Shown piece after piece: positions 1 through 7,978 of a DNA stretch of 64,000 bases (position 1 is the stretch's first letter; the number at the start of each line of letters is the position of its first letter). Under the pieces are notes generated by a model, which had not been told where the DNA came from, did no database searches, and worked only from the letters and a program-made list of their open reading frames with translations. The stretch is from Candidatus Latescibacterota bacterium (GTDB lineage Bacteria; Latescibacterota; UBA2968; UBA8231), in NCBI GenBank assembly GCA_965243025.1, contig CBDETY010000003.1, positions 544,001-608,000 of the forward strand, given 5' to 3'. The position numbers and the translations under genes were made by a program.

Positions 1-858
1 CTCAACCTCTACACCAACTGCATGATCGCCCTCGACCCGGATACCGGGGAGCGGCAGTGGCACTTCCAGGAGATCCCCTACGACGTCTGGGACTGGGACG
101 CGGCGTACGAGCAGATCCTCGTCGACCTGCCTGTGGAGGGGAAGATGCGCAAGCTGCTGATCAACCCGAACAAGGGGGGCTACACCTACGTCCTCGACCG
201 CACCAACGGCGAGTTCATCGGCGCCTGGCCGCACGCCGACAACATCACCTGGATCACCGGGGTCGGGCCGAACGGAGAGCTGCAGGGACGGAACGAGCCG
301 CCCCCGAACGAACCTGTCTACCTCTGCCCCTCCATCTGCGGGGGAAGGAGCTGGAACCACGCCGCCTACAGCCCGAAGACCGGGCTGCTGTACCAGACCG
401 GCCTCGAGTTCTGCCAGGAGGTTACCGCCGAGAAGCAGGAGGTGGAGAAGGGGGACGAGTGGATCGCCGCCGAGTTCGAGCTGCGCCCGCCGCCCGGGGG
501 TGAGCCGTACAGCCACTTCGACGCCTACGACCCGGTAACGGGTGAGAAGAAGTGGAGTTACCGGTCGAAGTACGCCCTGCTCGCCTCCTCGCTCGCCACG
601 GGCGGCAACCTGGTGTTCACCGGCGACCCGGAGGGGCGGTTCCTCGCCTTCGACGCCGAGAGCGGCGAGGTGCTGTGGAGCTTCAACACCGGCTCCGGCC
701 ACCGCGGCTCGCCGATCACCTACGCCGTGGACGGCACCCAGTACATCGCCGTGCCCTCCGGCTGGGGCTCGGCGGTCGGGGGTCTGCTGCCGCAGATCTG
801 GCCGGAGATGGAGGACTTTCCCGGCGGCGGGGCGCTCTTCGTCTTCTCCCTGAAGTAG
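1..858 (+). CDS. PQQ-dependent dehydrogenase (quinoprotein alcohol dehydrogenase family), 5'-truncated by the window edge
   Basis: Frame open from base 1. PQQ propeller Trp-docking repeats (ALDPDTGERQW, AYDPVTGEKKW, AFDAESGEVLW), active-site YDVWDWDA, and the typical C-terminus SPITYAVDGTQYIAVPSGWG. Confidence 0.92.
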   Translation, partial: LNLYTNCMIALDPDTGERQWHFQEIPYDVWDWDAAYEQILVDLPVEGKMRKLLINPNKGGYTYVLDRTNGEFIGAWPHADNITWITGVGPNGELQGRNEPPPNEPVYLCPSICGGRSWNHAAYSPKTGLLYQTGLEFCQEVTAEKQEVEKGDEWIAAEFELRPPPGGEPYSHFDAYDPVTGEKKWSYRSKYALLASSLATGGNLVFTGDPEGRFLAFDAESGEVLWSFNTGSGHRGSPITYAVDGTQYIAVPSGWGSAVGGLLPQIWPEMEDFPGGGALFVFSLK

Positions 859-900
859 GTGCTTGCCGACCGCTGCGGCGTCCAGGAGAAACTCCGCGGG

Positions 901-1902
901 ATGCGGGCCGTTTCCAGTCGCGGGCTGCTCGCCGTTCTCCTCGTCTGCAGCGGATTGTTAGCTGCGGCACCCGTGGCGGGGCAGGCCGCTTCGGACCCAG
1001 GTGGTTCGCCCGGAGCCGCTGAAGGGCGCTCCAGGCTCGAAGAGCCTTCCAGTCTCACAGCGGCTTCGGCGACGGCCGGCGACTTCCTTCTCTTTCAGGG
1101 CCAGGTGCTGTTCGCCCGCAACTGCTCCGTGGGGTACTGCCACGGCAAGGGGGGGCGCGCCGGCAGGGGGCCGCGGCTGCGCGGCAGGAAGCTGCCCGCC
1201 GACTACCTGACCCGCGTGATCAGGGAGGGCATCCCCAACTCGACCATGGGCAGCTGGGGCGACCGGATGACCGGGGGGGAGATCGCGTCCATCGTCTCGT
1301 TCATACAGGTGCTGGCGGATCTGAACCTCACCGATCCCGACCCGGTGTTCGGAGGCGGCAGATTCTCCGCCGCGGACGTCCGCAGGGTAGGGAAAACAAC
1401 CGAACCAGTCCCGGTTGCCGCCGCGCCTTCCGGCCTCTACGGGGACCCCGGCAGGGGCCGCTCCCTGTTCTTCGACTCCGGCGACGACCACGGCTGCGCC
1501 CACTGCCACGCCATCGGCGGCCGGGGGTCGGCGGCCGCTCCCGACCTCGGACTGCTGGCCTCGGCGCCGCCGCGGATGCTGCTGCGGGAGATCCTGACTC
1601 CGAACGCCTTCGCGATTCCGGGAGGCCGCGTCATCGAGCTGGTGACGGCCGCGGGGGACACGCTCGAGGTCCTCCGTCTCGGAGAGACCGAAACGCGAGT
1701 GAAGGTTTTCGACGTAACCCGTTTTCCCCCGGTGACGCGGAACATCCGCAAGGACCGGATCCTCAGTGAACGGCAAACTTCCCGCTCCGCCATGCCGGAT
1801 ACCTACGCCGGCCGCTACACCGTGCAGCAGCTCCTCGACCTGATCTCCTTCATCAGGGCCGGATCCGGGTCGCCCCCGGCGGCCTTCGAGGACCTGTTTT
1901 AA
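901..1902 (+). CDS. Exported di-heme c-type cytochrome, probable electron acceptor of the PQQ dehydrogenase
   Basis: Signal-peptide-like N-terminus. Heme motifs CSVGYCH (CX4CH, 1123-1143, distal GIPNSTM) and CAHCH (1495-1509, distal SAMP). The second domain resembles the Planctomycete-type putative heme-binding domain. ATG 901 preferred over GTG 859. Confidence 0.82.
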   Translation: MRAVSSRGLLAVLLVCSGLLAAAPVAGQAASDPGGSPGAAEGRSRLEEPSSLTAASATAGDFLLFQGQVLFARNCSVGYCHGKGGRAGRGPRLRGRKLPADYLTRVIREGIPNSTMGSWGDRMTGGEIASIVSFIQVLADLNLTDPDPVFGGGRFSAADVRRVGKTTEPVPVAAAPSGLYGDPGRGRSLFFDSGDDHGCAHCHAIGGRGSAAAPDLGLLASAPPRMLLREILTPNAFAIPGGRVIELVTAAGDTLEVLRLGETETRVKVFDVTRFPPVTRNIRKDRILSERQTSRSAMPDTYAGRYTVQQLLDLISFIRAGSGSPPAAFEDLF

Positions 1903-1905
1903 TGC

Positions 1906-2099
1906 CTGCTGCAATCAGCGCAGGAACGAGGGCGCCGATGTGTCCGGCTCCCCAGGCGCGCCCGACGAGCCCTGCCTGGGGTGTCCCGCGAGCGAAGGCA
2001 AAGGGGCGAGGCCGGATGAAGCGGCGGCTGAATTCACGCTTGGCCAAGCAGTCCAAACCCATGGGGCGCCGCATCGACGCGGGGTTCTGAATGCAGCAG
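1906..2099. repeat. Palindromic intergenic element (MITE-like or structured RNA)
   Basis: Terminal arms CTGCTGCAATCAG (1906-1918) and CTGAATGCAGCAG (2087-2099) are 12/13 complementary. Internal hairpin CCCCAGGC...GCCTGGGG plus further nested arms. Confidence 0.45.
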
Positions 2100-2204
2100 A
2101 TTTTCCCCGGACCGTGAAGCCGCGCCTTCTTCCGCGCAATGCGGAACCGCAGGAGGCCGGACCGCAGTTGCTTCCCGCGCCCAGAAGAACGAAAGGAAGC
2201 GGAC

Positions 2205-3074
2205 ATGTACATCAACCTGGATCCCGATTCGGTGGGAATCGACCTCCCCCTGGAGGACCTGATCCCCCTGGCGGCCCGCCACGGCTACGCGGGGATCGAC
2301 CTTCCGTTGAGCCGCATCGGCGAGGGCAGGGAGGCCTTCTCCCTCGAGCAGATCGATGAGGCGATGGCCTCCGCCGGCCTGAGGTTCGGCAGCTTCGGCG
2401 CGACCTGGGACTACGCCGGAGAGCGGGCGGTCTTCGAACAGCGGATGGAGGAGCTGCGCCGGTGGCTGCCGCCCGCCCGCCGCCTCGGCTGCGACCGCGG
2501 GGTGTCGGGGGCGAGGCCCTGCAGCGACTTCCTCGAGTACGGAGCGAACTTCGAGCTGCACGTCGAACGCCTGGCGCCGATGGCGCGGCTGATGGCCGAC
2601 CACGGCATCCGCCTCGGCCTCGAGTTCATCGGCCCGAAGACGCTGAGGGACGAGATGAAATACGAGTTCGTCCACACCCTTCCGCAGATGCTCGACCTCC
2701 TGGCGGCGATCGCCCCGCCGGGAGGAGAGCAGTACGTCGGGGTGCTGCTCGACAGCTACCACTGGTACACCAGCGGCGGCACCGAGGAGGAGCTGACCCG
2801 GCTCCTCGACAACCGGAAGACCGTCCTCGTGCACATCAACGACGGCGTCGAGGGGCGCGGCCGCGACCAGCAGATGGACCTCGAGCGGCGGCTGCCCTGC
2901 GCCACGGGGATCATCGACGCGGCCGGCTTCGTCCGCTGCCTCGAGAAGATCGGCTACGACGGTCCGGTGACGGTCGAGCCTTTCGACGCCGGGCTGGAGA
3001 AGCAGGAGCCGGAAGAGATCGCGAAACAGGTCATCGATTCGGCGAAGCGGATGCTCGCATCGGGGGAGTCATGA
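2205..3074 (+). CDS. Sugar phosphate isomerase/epimerase family protein (xylose-isomerase-like TIM barrel)
   Basis: Metal ligands intact: LGLEFIG, LLDSYHW, VHINDG, GYDGPVTVEPF. AAGGAAG precedes ATG 2205. Confidence 0.85.
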   Translation: MYINLDPDSVGIDLPLEDLIPLAARHGYAGIDLPLSRIGEGREAFSLEQIDEAMASAGLRFGSFGATWDYAGERAVFEQRMEELRRWLPPARRLGCDRGVSGARPCSDFLEYGANFELHVERLAPMARLMADHGIRLGLEFIGPKTLRDEMKYEFVHTLPQMLDLLAAIAPPGGEQYVGVLLDSYHWYTSGGTEEELTRLLDNRKTVLVHINDGVEGRGRDQQMDLERRLPCATGIIDAAGFVRCLEKIGYDGPVTVEPFDAGLEKQEPEEIAKQVIDSAKRMLASGES

Positions 3075-4300
3075 TAAAGGCGGACAGGGACGAGTTCCTC
3101 GAGCAGGGGTTTGTCATCCTGCGACAGGTGATCCCGCCGGGGGATCTCGAAAGAATGCGGCGGTGCCATGAAATCCTGGTCGAGCGCCAGCGGGAGGTCT
3201 GGGCCCGTCAGGCCGGCCCCGACGATCCCCCCGGGGGCGTCTGGGAGACCTCAAACCAGCCCCGGCTGCACATCAACGGCATGGGGGCGGAGCACGACCG
3301 GGAGACGGCACCGGCCATCGAGCTGTGGCTGCACGAGAACACCCAGGGGGTGAGCAGCCGCCTGCTGGCCGAGGAGGACGCCCCCAACACCGAGATGATG
3401 ATGATGTGCAACCCGGTCTCCGACCGCGGGCCGGCTGCCTGGCACCGGGATTTCTACCCGCCGCTGAACGCGCCGCTGATGGCCTATGCCGACGACATCC
3501 TCGAGAACGGACCGCGCTACGTGCAGTGGAACATTCCCCTCTACGACGACGACGTGCTGTGGGTGGTCCCGGGCAGCCACGTGCGCCCCAACACCGGGGA
3601 GGAGAACGCGTCGATGGCGGCCGACCCGAGGACCCCGGTCCCCGGCGGCGTCCGCACCCGCCTGAACGCCGGGGACGGCGTCGCCTACATCCTGCCGATC
3701 CTGCACTGGGGCAGCAACTACTCGACGAAGATGCGCCGCACCGTCCACGGGGGATTCGCCCGCCTGACCCATTGGGACGACACCCGCTGGATGGAGCACC
3801 TGTCGCCGGCGGCGCAGGAGACCTGCACCCGCTGGCAGCGGCGCTCCCTGAAATACGTCGACTCGGCGGAGGCGGCCTTCCGCGCCGTCCTCGCCCGGGA
3901 CGAGGCGGCCTTCCGCGGCGCCCTCGAAGAGCTGCATCCCGGCCGCGGCGACAAGGGGATCGTCAAGTCCGTCATCTGCCTGAGCAAGACGGCGCGCCAC
4001 ATCTGCAACCAGCGCAGCCGCGACCCGGAGGAACTCACCGAGACGGAGAAGACCCGCATGCAGATGGTCCACCCGATGACCCTGCAGTGGGGCCTGCCGC
4101 TGGGGGAGCGCTTCACCCCGGAGGAGGCGCGCCTGCTGTGGCGGCGGTTCGAGCCGGTCGACGAGGTCATGCAGGGGGAGGAGGAGGCCGTCCTGCCCGG
4201 CTTCCAGGGACGGGGGACCCGCTACCTGTTCGAGGAGGTGTCGGCGGCGATGACGGTGGAGAACTGGTTCGCTTCCTGGGAGAGCGGCCGCCTGGGATAG
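3071..4300 (+). CDS. PhyH-family Fe(II)/2OG dioxygenase with long C-terminal extension
   Basis: EFLEQGFVILR start, AWHRD, LWVVPGSH, ILHWG...R. ATGA overlap with the upstream stop. Confidence 0.85.
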   Translation: MIKADRDEFLEQGFVILRQVIPPGDLERMRRCHEILVERQREVWARQAGPDDPPGGVWETSNQPRLHINGMGAEHDRETAPAIELWLHENTQGVSSRLLAEEDAPNTEMMMMCNPVSDRGPAAWHRDFYPPLNAPLMAYADDILENGPRYVQWNIPLYDDDVLWVVPGSHVRPNTGEENASMAADPRTPVPGGVRTRLNAGDGVAYILPILHWGSNYSTKMRRTVHGGFARLTHWDDTRWMEHLSPAAQETCTRWQRRSLKYVDSAEAAFRAVLARDEAAFRGALEELHPGRGDKGIVKSVICLSKTARHICNQRSRDPEELTETEKTRMQMVHPMTLQWGLPLGERFTPEEARLLWRRFEPVDEVMQGEEEAVLPGFQGRGTRYLFEEVSAAMTVENWFASWESGRLG

Positions 4301-4305
4301 GGCCA

Positions 4306-4339
4306 GGCCCACAAGGCGCTTCAGCGAGTCGTACCGAGG
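4306..4339 (-). repeat. Partial copy of the MITE at 61973-62138
   Basis: 31/34 identity to the reverse complement of 62054-62087. Lies between convergent genes. Confidence 0.75.
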
Positions 4340-4369
4340 ATTGCCCCCGCTCGCCCGGAAGGACGGGCT

Positions 4370-5155
4370 TCAGGCAGCCTGCTGGGGGTTCAGGGCCCCT
4401 TCCCCGAAGATCACCGGAAAAGAGCCGCTGCCGTCCAGGGTCCTGGTAGCGGCGTCCATGTAGGCGATGCTGAAGGCGCGCCGCGGCCTGCCGGTCCGGT
4501 TGACCCCGGAGCGGTGCAGGACCCAGTTGTGGATCAGCACCGCCTCGCCCGCCTCCACCTCGAGATCGATGACCTTGTCGGGTGAGCAGTGGGCGGCCTC
4601 GTCCTCCTCGGAGGTGTAGTGACCTTCGTTGAGGATCCCCAGCTTGTGGCTGCCCGGCACGATCTGCATGCAGCCCGAGGCCGTGGTGGCGTCGTCGAGG
4701 GCGGTCCATACCGTGGTGGTCGGGTTGGAATCGATCCCCCAGCCCTTGCCGACGTCCTGGTGCCAGGGCAACTCGGTCCCCCTGGTCGCCGGCTTGTTCA
4801 TGAACATCGAGCGGAACACCGAGACGTTCTCGCCGATGCGGCGGCGGGTGAGGTCGCGGAACAGCGGGTGCTGCATGTAGGCGAGGAACAGCGGGTCGAG
4901 GTGGAGCTCGTCGACGCGCCGGTAGTCGAGGGTGCGGAGAGAAACCCCGGTGGTTCTCCCCGGCAGGTCCCGGTAGCGGTGGCTTTCCGGGTCGAGCTGA
5001 AAGGCGATTCCGTCGATGACGACGTTGCCGAGCATCAGGTCGTCGATGCGCCGGCACAGCGCCGACAGCTCGTCGTCGGAGAGCAGGCGCCCGAGGCGGA
5101 CGTACCCCTCCTCCTCGAAGCGGGCTTCGAGATGGTCTGCGAATGACGTGGTCAC
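4370..5155 (-). CDS. PhyH-family Fe(II)/2OG dioxygenase
   Basis: FEEEGYV, MFMNKPA, LPWHQD, VWTALDD, GCMQIVPGSHK, VLHRSGVNRT..PRRA. Confidence 0.92.
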   Translation of the reverse strand: MTTSFADHLEARFEEEGYVRLGRLLSDDELSALCRRIDDLMLGNVVIDGIAFQLDPESHRYRDLPGRTTGVSLRTLDYRRVDELHLDPLFLAYMQHPLFRDLTRRRIGENVSVFRSMFMNKPATRGTELPWHQDVGKGWGIDSNPTTTVWTALDDATTASGCMQIVPGSHKLGILNEGHYTSEEDEAAHCSPDKVIDLEVEAGEAVLIHNWVLHRSGVNRTGRPRRAFSIAYMDAATRTLDGSGSFPVIFGEGALNPQQAA

Positions 5156-6042
5156 GATCCGGTTCCTCCGTTTGCTGGAAGGGTCTCCGCCTGGGTTCCA
5201 AGGTCTCGCCGTTTTCGCTGCACTTTGTAGCGCGCTTCCCCGGTAAGGAGGGCGCGGTGTTCGTCGGACAGGGTGGCGACAAAATCGGCGCTAGGCTCGT
5301 ACCCGCGCCAGGTCTGAAACATCGCCGGGGTGTAGCCGCCGAGCACGAGCACGCGCTCGCGGTCGGAGCGCATGATGCCGTGGGAGTGCATCAGCGACTC
5401 GAAGAAGAGCAAGGTCGAGCCGGCAGGGGCCTCGACCTGGTAGATAAGGCGGGGGTCCTCAAGGGCCGCGGTGATGATCTCTTCCGCGCCGACTTCGGGG
5501 GGCACCTTGTGGGTGCCGGGGACCACCGCGGTGCCGCCGTCGTCCGGACCCAGGTCGGTGAGGTTGGTCAGCGCCTTGACGAACGAGTAGTGGTAGAGCC
5601 CGGACTCGCCGACGTGGGAGTAGCCGTTGGAGATGCTGCGGTGGAACTCGTAGCTCTCGTTGGCCGCGCCGGGCCTGCGCACGTGGGCGTCGGACTGCTC
5701 CAGGCGCACGTTTTTTCCCGTGATCTCCTCGGCCGCGGCGACGATCCGGGGATCGGTGAGGTAGTCGAAGAAGCAGGGGGCGAGGTGGGGCAGGTTGTCG
5801 ATGCGGAAGTAATCCTCGTCCGTGGCCGACAGGTGGCAGTCGGGCCCGGGAAGTTCGCCTGTCGCGCGGTACTCCGCCTCCATCCGGTGGATGGTGTCGA
5901 GCAGCTCCCGCACCCGCTCGCGTGAGATGAACTCCTCGAGAACGACGTACCCGTTCACCTCGATGTGCATCCGCTGTGCCGGGGTCAGGACCGGGAACGG
6001 GGAACAGCCGCCGGTTTCGCTTTCGTTGCTCGCGTCGCTCAT
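5152..6042 (-). CDS. PhyH-family Fe(II)/2OG enzyme with atypical H-R-S metal motif
   Basis: LTPAQRMHIEVNGYVVL, NLTDLGPDDGGTAVVPGTHK, APAGSTLLFFESLMH...R. Proximal motif is FHRS instead of WHxD. Four-base overlap with the next gene. Confidence 0.85.
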   Translation of the reverse strand: MSDASNESETGGCSPFPVLTPAQRMHIEVNGYVVLEEFISRERVRELLDTIHRMEAEYRATGELPGPDCHLSATDEDYFRIDNLPHLAPCFFDYLTDPRIVAAAEEITGKNVRLEQSDAHVRRPGAANESYEFHRSISNGYSHVGESGLYHYSFVKALTNLTDLGPDDGGTAVVPGTHKVPPEVGAEEIITAALEDPRLIYQVEAPAGSTLLFFESLMHSHGIMRSDRERVLVLGGYTPAMFQTWRGYEPSADFVATLSDEHRALLTGEARYKVQRKRRDLGTQAETLPANGGTGS

Positions 6043-6099
6043 GGCTCCGGGTAGCGCTTCGGGTAACGAACAGCTCGATCACTTAGAATTACGGTACTA

Positions 6100-7971
6100 A
6101 TGGGACCGGATGAAAAACCAGGAGCGGACCGCTCCACCTTGCTGAATCCCGGGTCAGACCCCGGGGTGTCCAGAGGCTCCCTGGGCGATGCCCGGACCTT
6201 CCGCGCGCGGCCTTCGAATCGAAGGGCTCCGGCGCGCCTCGTCCTTGTGGGGGCGCACCTGCTGGCTTTCCTGGCCTTCCCCTCGGCGGCCGCGGCGCAG
6301 ATCCGATTCAGCGACCAGGCGGAAGCCGCCGGCGTCACCGCCCTCAACGTCTTCGGAGGCATGGAGAAGCGCTACATCCTGGAGGCGCACGGCAGCGGCG
6401 CCGGTTTCTTCGACAGCGACAACGACGGCGACCTCGACCTCTACCTCGTCAACGGAGCCACCTTCGAGACCTGGGAGGAGCGCTCCGGGCCGGGGAACTC
6501 CCTCTACCGCAACAACGGCGACGGCACCTTCTCGGACGTGGCCGCGGCCGCCGGGGTCGACGACGCCGGGTGGGGGGCCGGGTGCGCGGTCGGGGATATC
6601 GACAACGACGGCAACCGCGACCTCTACGTGACCAACTACCGCGCCAACCTCCTGTACGGGAACCGCGGCGACGGCGCTTTCGCCGACCTCACCGCGGACG
6701 CCGGGGTGGCCGGCGACGATTACAGCGCCGGGGCCGCCTTCTTCGACTACGACAACGACGGCGATCTCGATCTCTACGTCGCCAACTACCTCCGCTTCGA
6801 CCTGCGCGACAATCCCCGGGTCGACTGCGACTACGTCGGCGGCATCAAGACCTACTGCGGGCCCCTCGGCATGGAGGGGGCCGCCGACGTCCTCTACCGC
6901 AACGACGGCGGCGGCCGTTTCGCCGACGTCACCGCAAGCTCCGGGGTCGGGGCCTCGGCGATCCATTTCGGGCTCGGCGTGCTCCCGGGGGATTTCGACG
7001 GCGACGGCCTCGTCGACCTCTACGTGGCCAACGACCAGACGCCGAACCTGCTTTTCCGCAACCGCGGCGACGGCACCTTCGGCGAAACCGGCCTGGTTTC
7101 CGGGGTGGCCTACAGCGGCGACGGGGACGAAGAGGCCGGCATGGGGGTCGACAGCGGCGATTTCGACGGCGACGGCGATCCCGACCTCTACGTCACCAAC
7201 TTCTTCCGCGAGAGCAACACCCTCTACCGGAACGAGGGGAACGGCCGTTTCTCCGACTTCACGGTGCAGGCCGACCTCGAGGCGGCGACCCTCACCATGC
7301 TCGGCTGGGGCGCGGCGTTCTCCGATCTCGACAACGACGGCGACCTCGACCTGTTCGTCGCCAACGGCCACGTCTTCCCCGAGGTGGACGACGCCCCGAC
7401 CGGCACCAGCTACCGCCAGAAGAACCAGGTCTTCCGCAACGACGGGAGCGGGTTCGCCGACGTCAGCGCCGCCGCCGGACCCGGGCTGAAGGTCGACAAG
7501 GTCAGCCGCGGCGCCGGTTTCGGCGACTACGACGAGGACGGCGACGTCGACATCCTGGTGGTCAACCTCAACGACACCCCGACCCTGCTGCGCAACGACC
7601 GGGAGGAGGGGAACTGCCTCGTGGTGGAGGTCGAGGGGACGGGGTCCAACCGCGACGGGGCCGGCGCGGAGATCCGGGTGCGGGCCGGAGACCGGACCCG
7701 GGTGCGGGTCGTCGACAGCTCCGGCAGCTACCTGTCGGCCAGCGACATCCGCGCCCATTTCGGACTCGGCGCCCTGGAGGCGGTCGAATCGGTCGCCGTC
7801 AGGTGGCCGGACGGCAGCGAGCAGATTGTCGGGGCGGTCCCCGCCAACAGGCTGCTGTTCGTCCGTCAGGGGGCGGAGGCGGAGATCAGGGGGCTGAAGG
7901 GCCTGCGAGGATCCGGGCGTAGCGGCGAAGCGGTTCCCGGAGAAGCCCCCGACGGCTCGCGGCAGCGCTAG
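6100..7971 (+). CDS. CRTAC1-family protein (FG-GAP/VCBS repeats plus C-terminal ASPIC/UnbV domain), exported
   Basis: Repeated DxDNDGDLDLY and LYRNxGDGTF.DV motifs. C-terminal SNRDGAGA...GSYLS....RAHFGLG...VRWPDG. Signal peptide ends AAAA|Q. True start may be downstream (e.g. GTG 6247). Confidence 0.9.
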   Translation: MGPDEKPGADRSTLLNPGSDPGVSRGSLGDARTFRARPSNRRAPARLVLVGAHLLAFLAFPSAAAAQIRFSDQAEAAGVTALNVFGGMEKRYILEAHGSGAGFFDSDNDGDLDLYLVNGATFETWEERSGPGNSLYRNNGDGTFSDVAAAAGVDDAGWGAGCAVGDIDNDGNRDLYVTNYRANLLYGNRGDGAFADLTADAGVAGDDYSAGAAFFDYDNDGDLDLYVANYLRFDLRDNPRVDCDYVGGIKTYCGPLGMEGAADVLYRNDGGGRFADVTASSGVGASAIHFGLGVLPGDFDGDGLVDLYVANDQTPNLLFRNRGDGTFGETGLVSGVAYSGDGDEEAGMGVDSGDFDGDGDPDLYVTNFFRESNTLYRNEGNGRFSDFTVQADLEAATLTMLGWGAAFSDLDNDGDLDLFVANGHVFPEVDDAPTGTSYRQKNQVFRNDGSGFADVSAAAGPGLKVDKVSRGAGFGDYDEDGDVDILVVNLNDTPTLLRNDREEGNCLVVEVEGTGSNRDGAGAEIRVRAGDRTRVRVVDSSGSYLSASDIRAHFGLGALEAVESVAVRWPDGSEQIVGAVPANRLLFVRQGAEAEIRGLKGLRGSGRSGEAVPGEAPDGSRQR

Positions 7972-7978
7972 CACCCCC

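Noticed and set aside
6400-7560. Regularly recurring GACAACGACGGCGAC-like repeats (also 16300-17410) as a possible CRISPR or DNA repeat array
   Set aside because: They encode the DxDNDGD Ca-binding FG-GAP/VCBS repeats of the CRTAC1 proteins; degenerate at third positions, and no cas genes.
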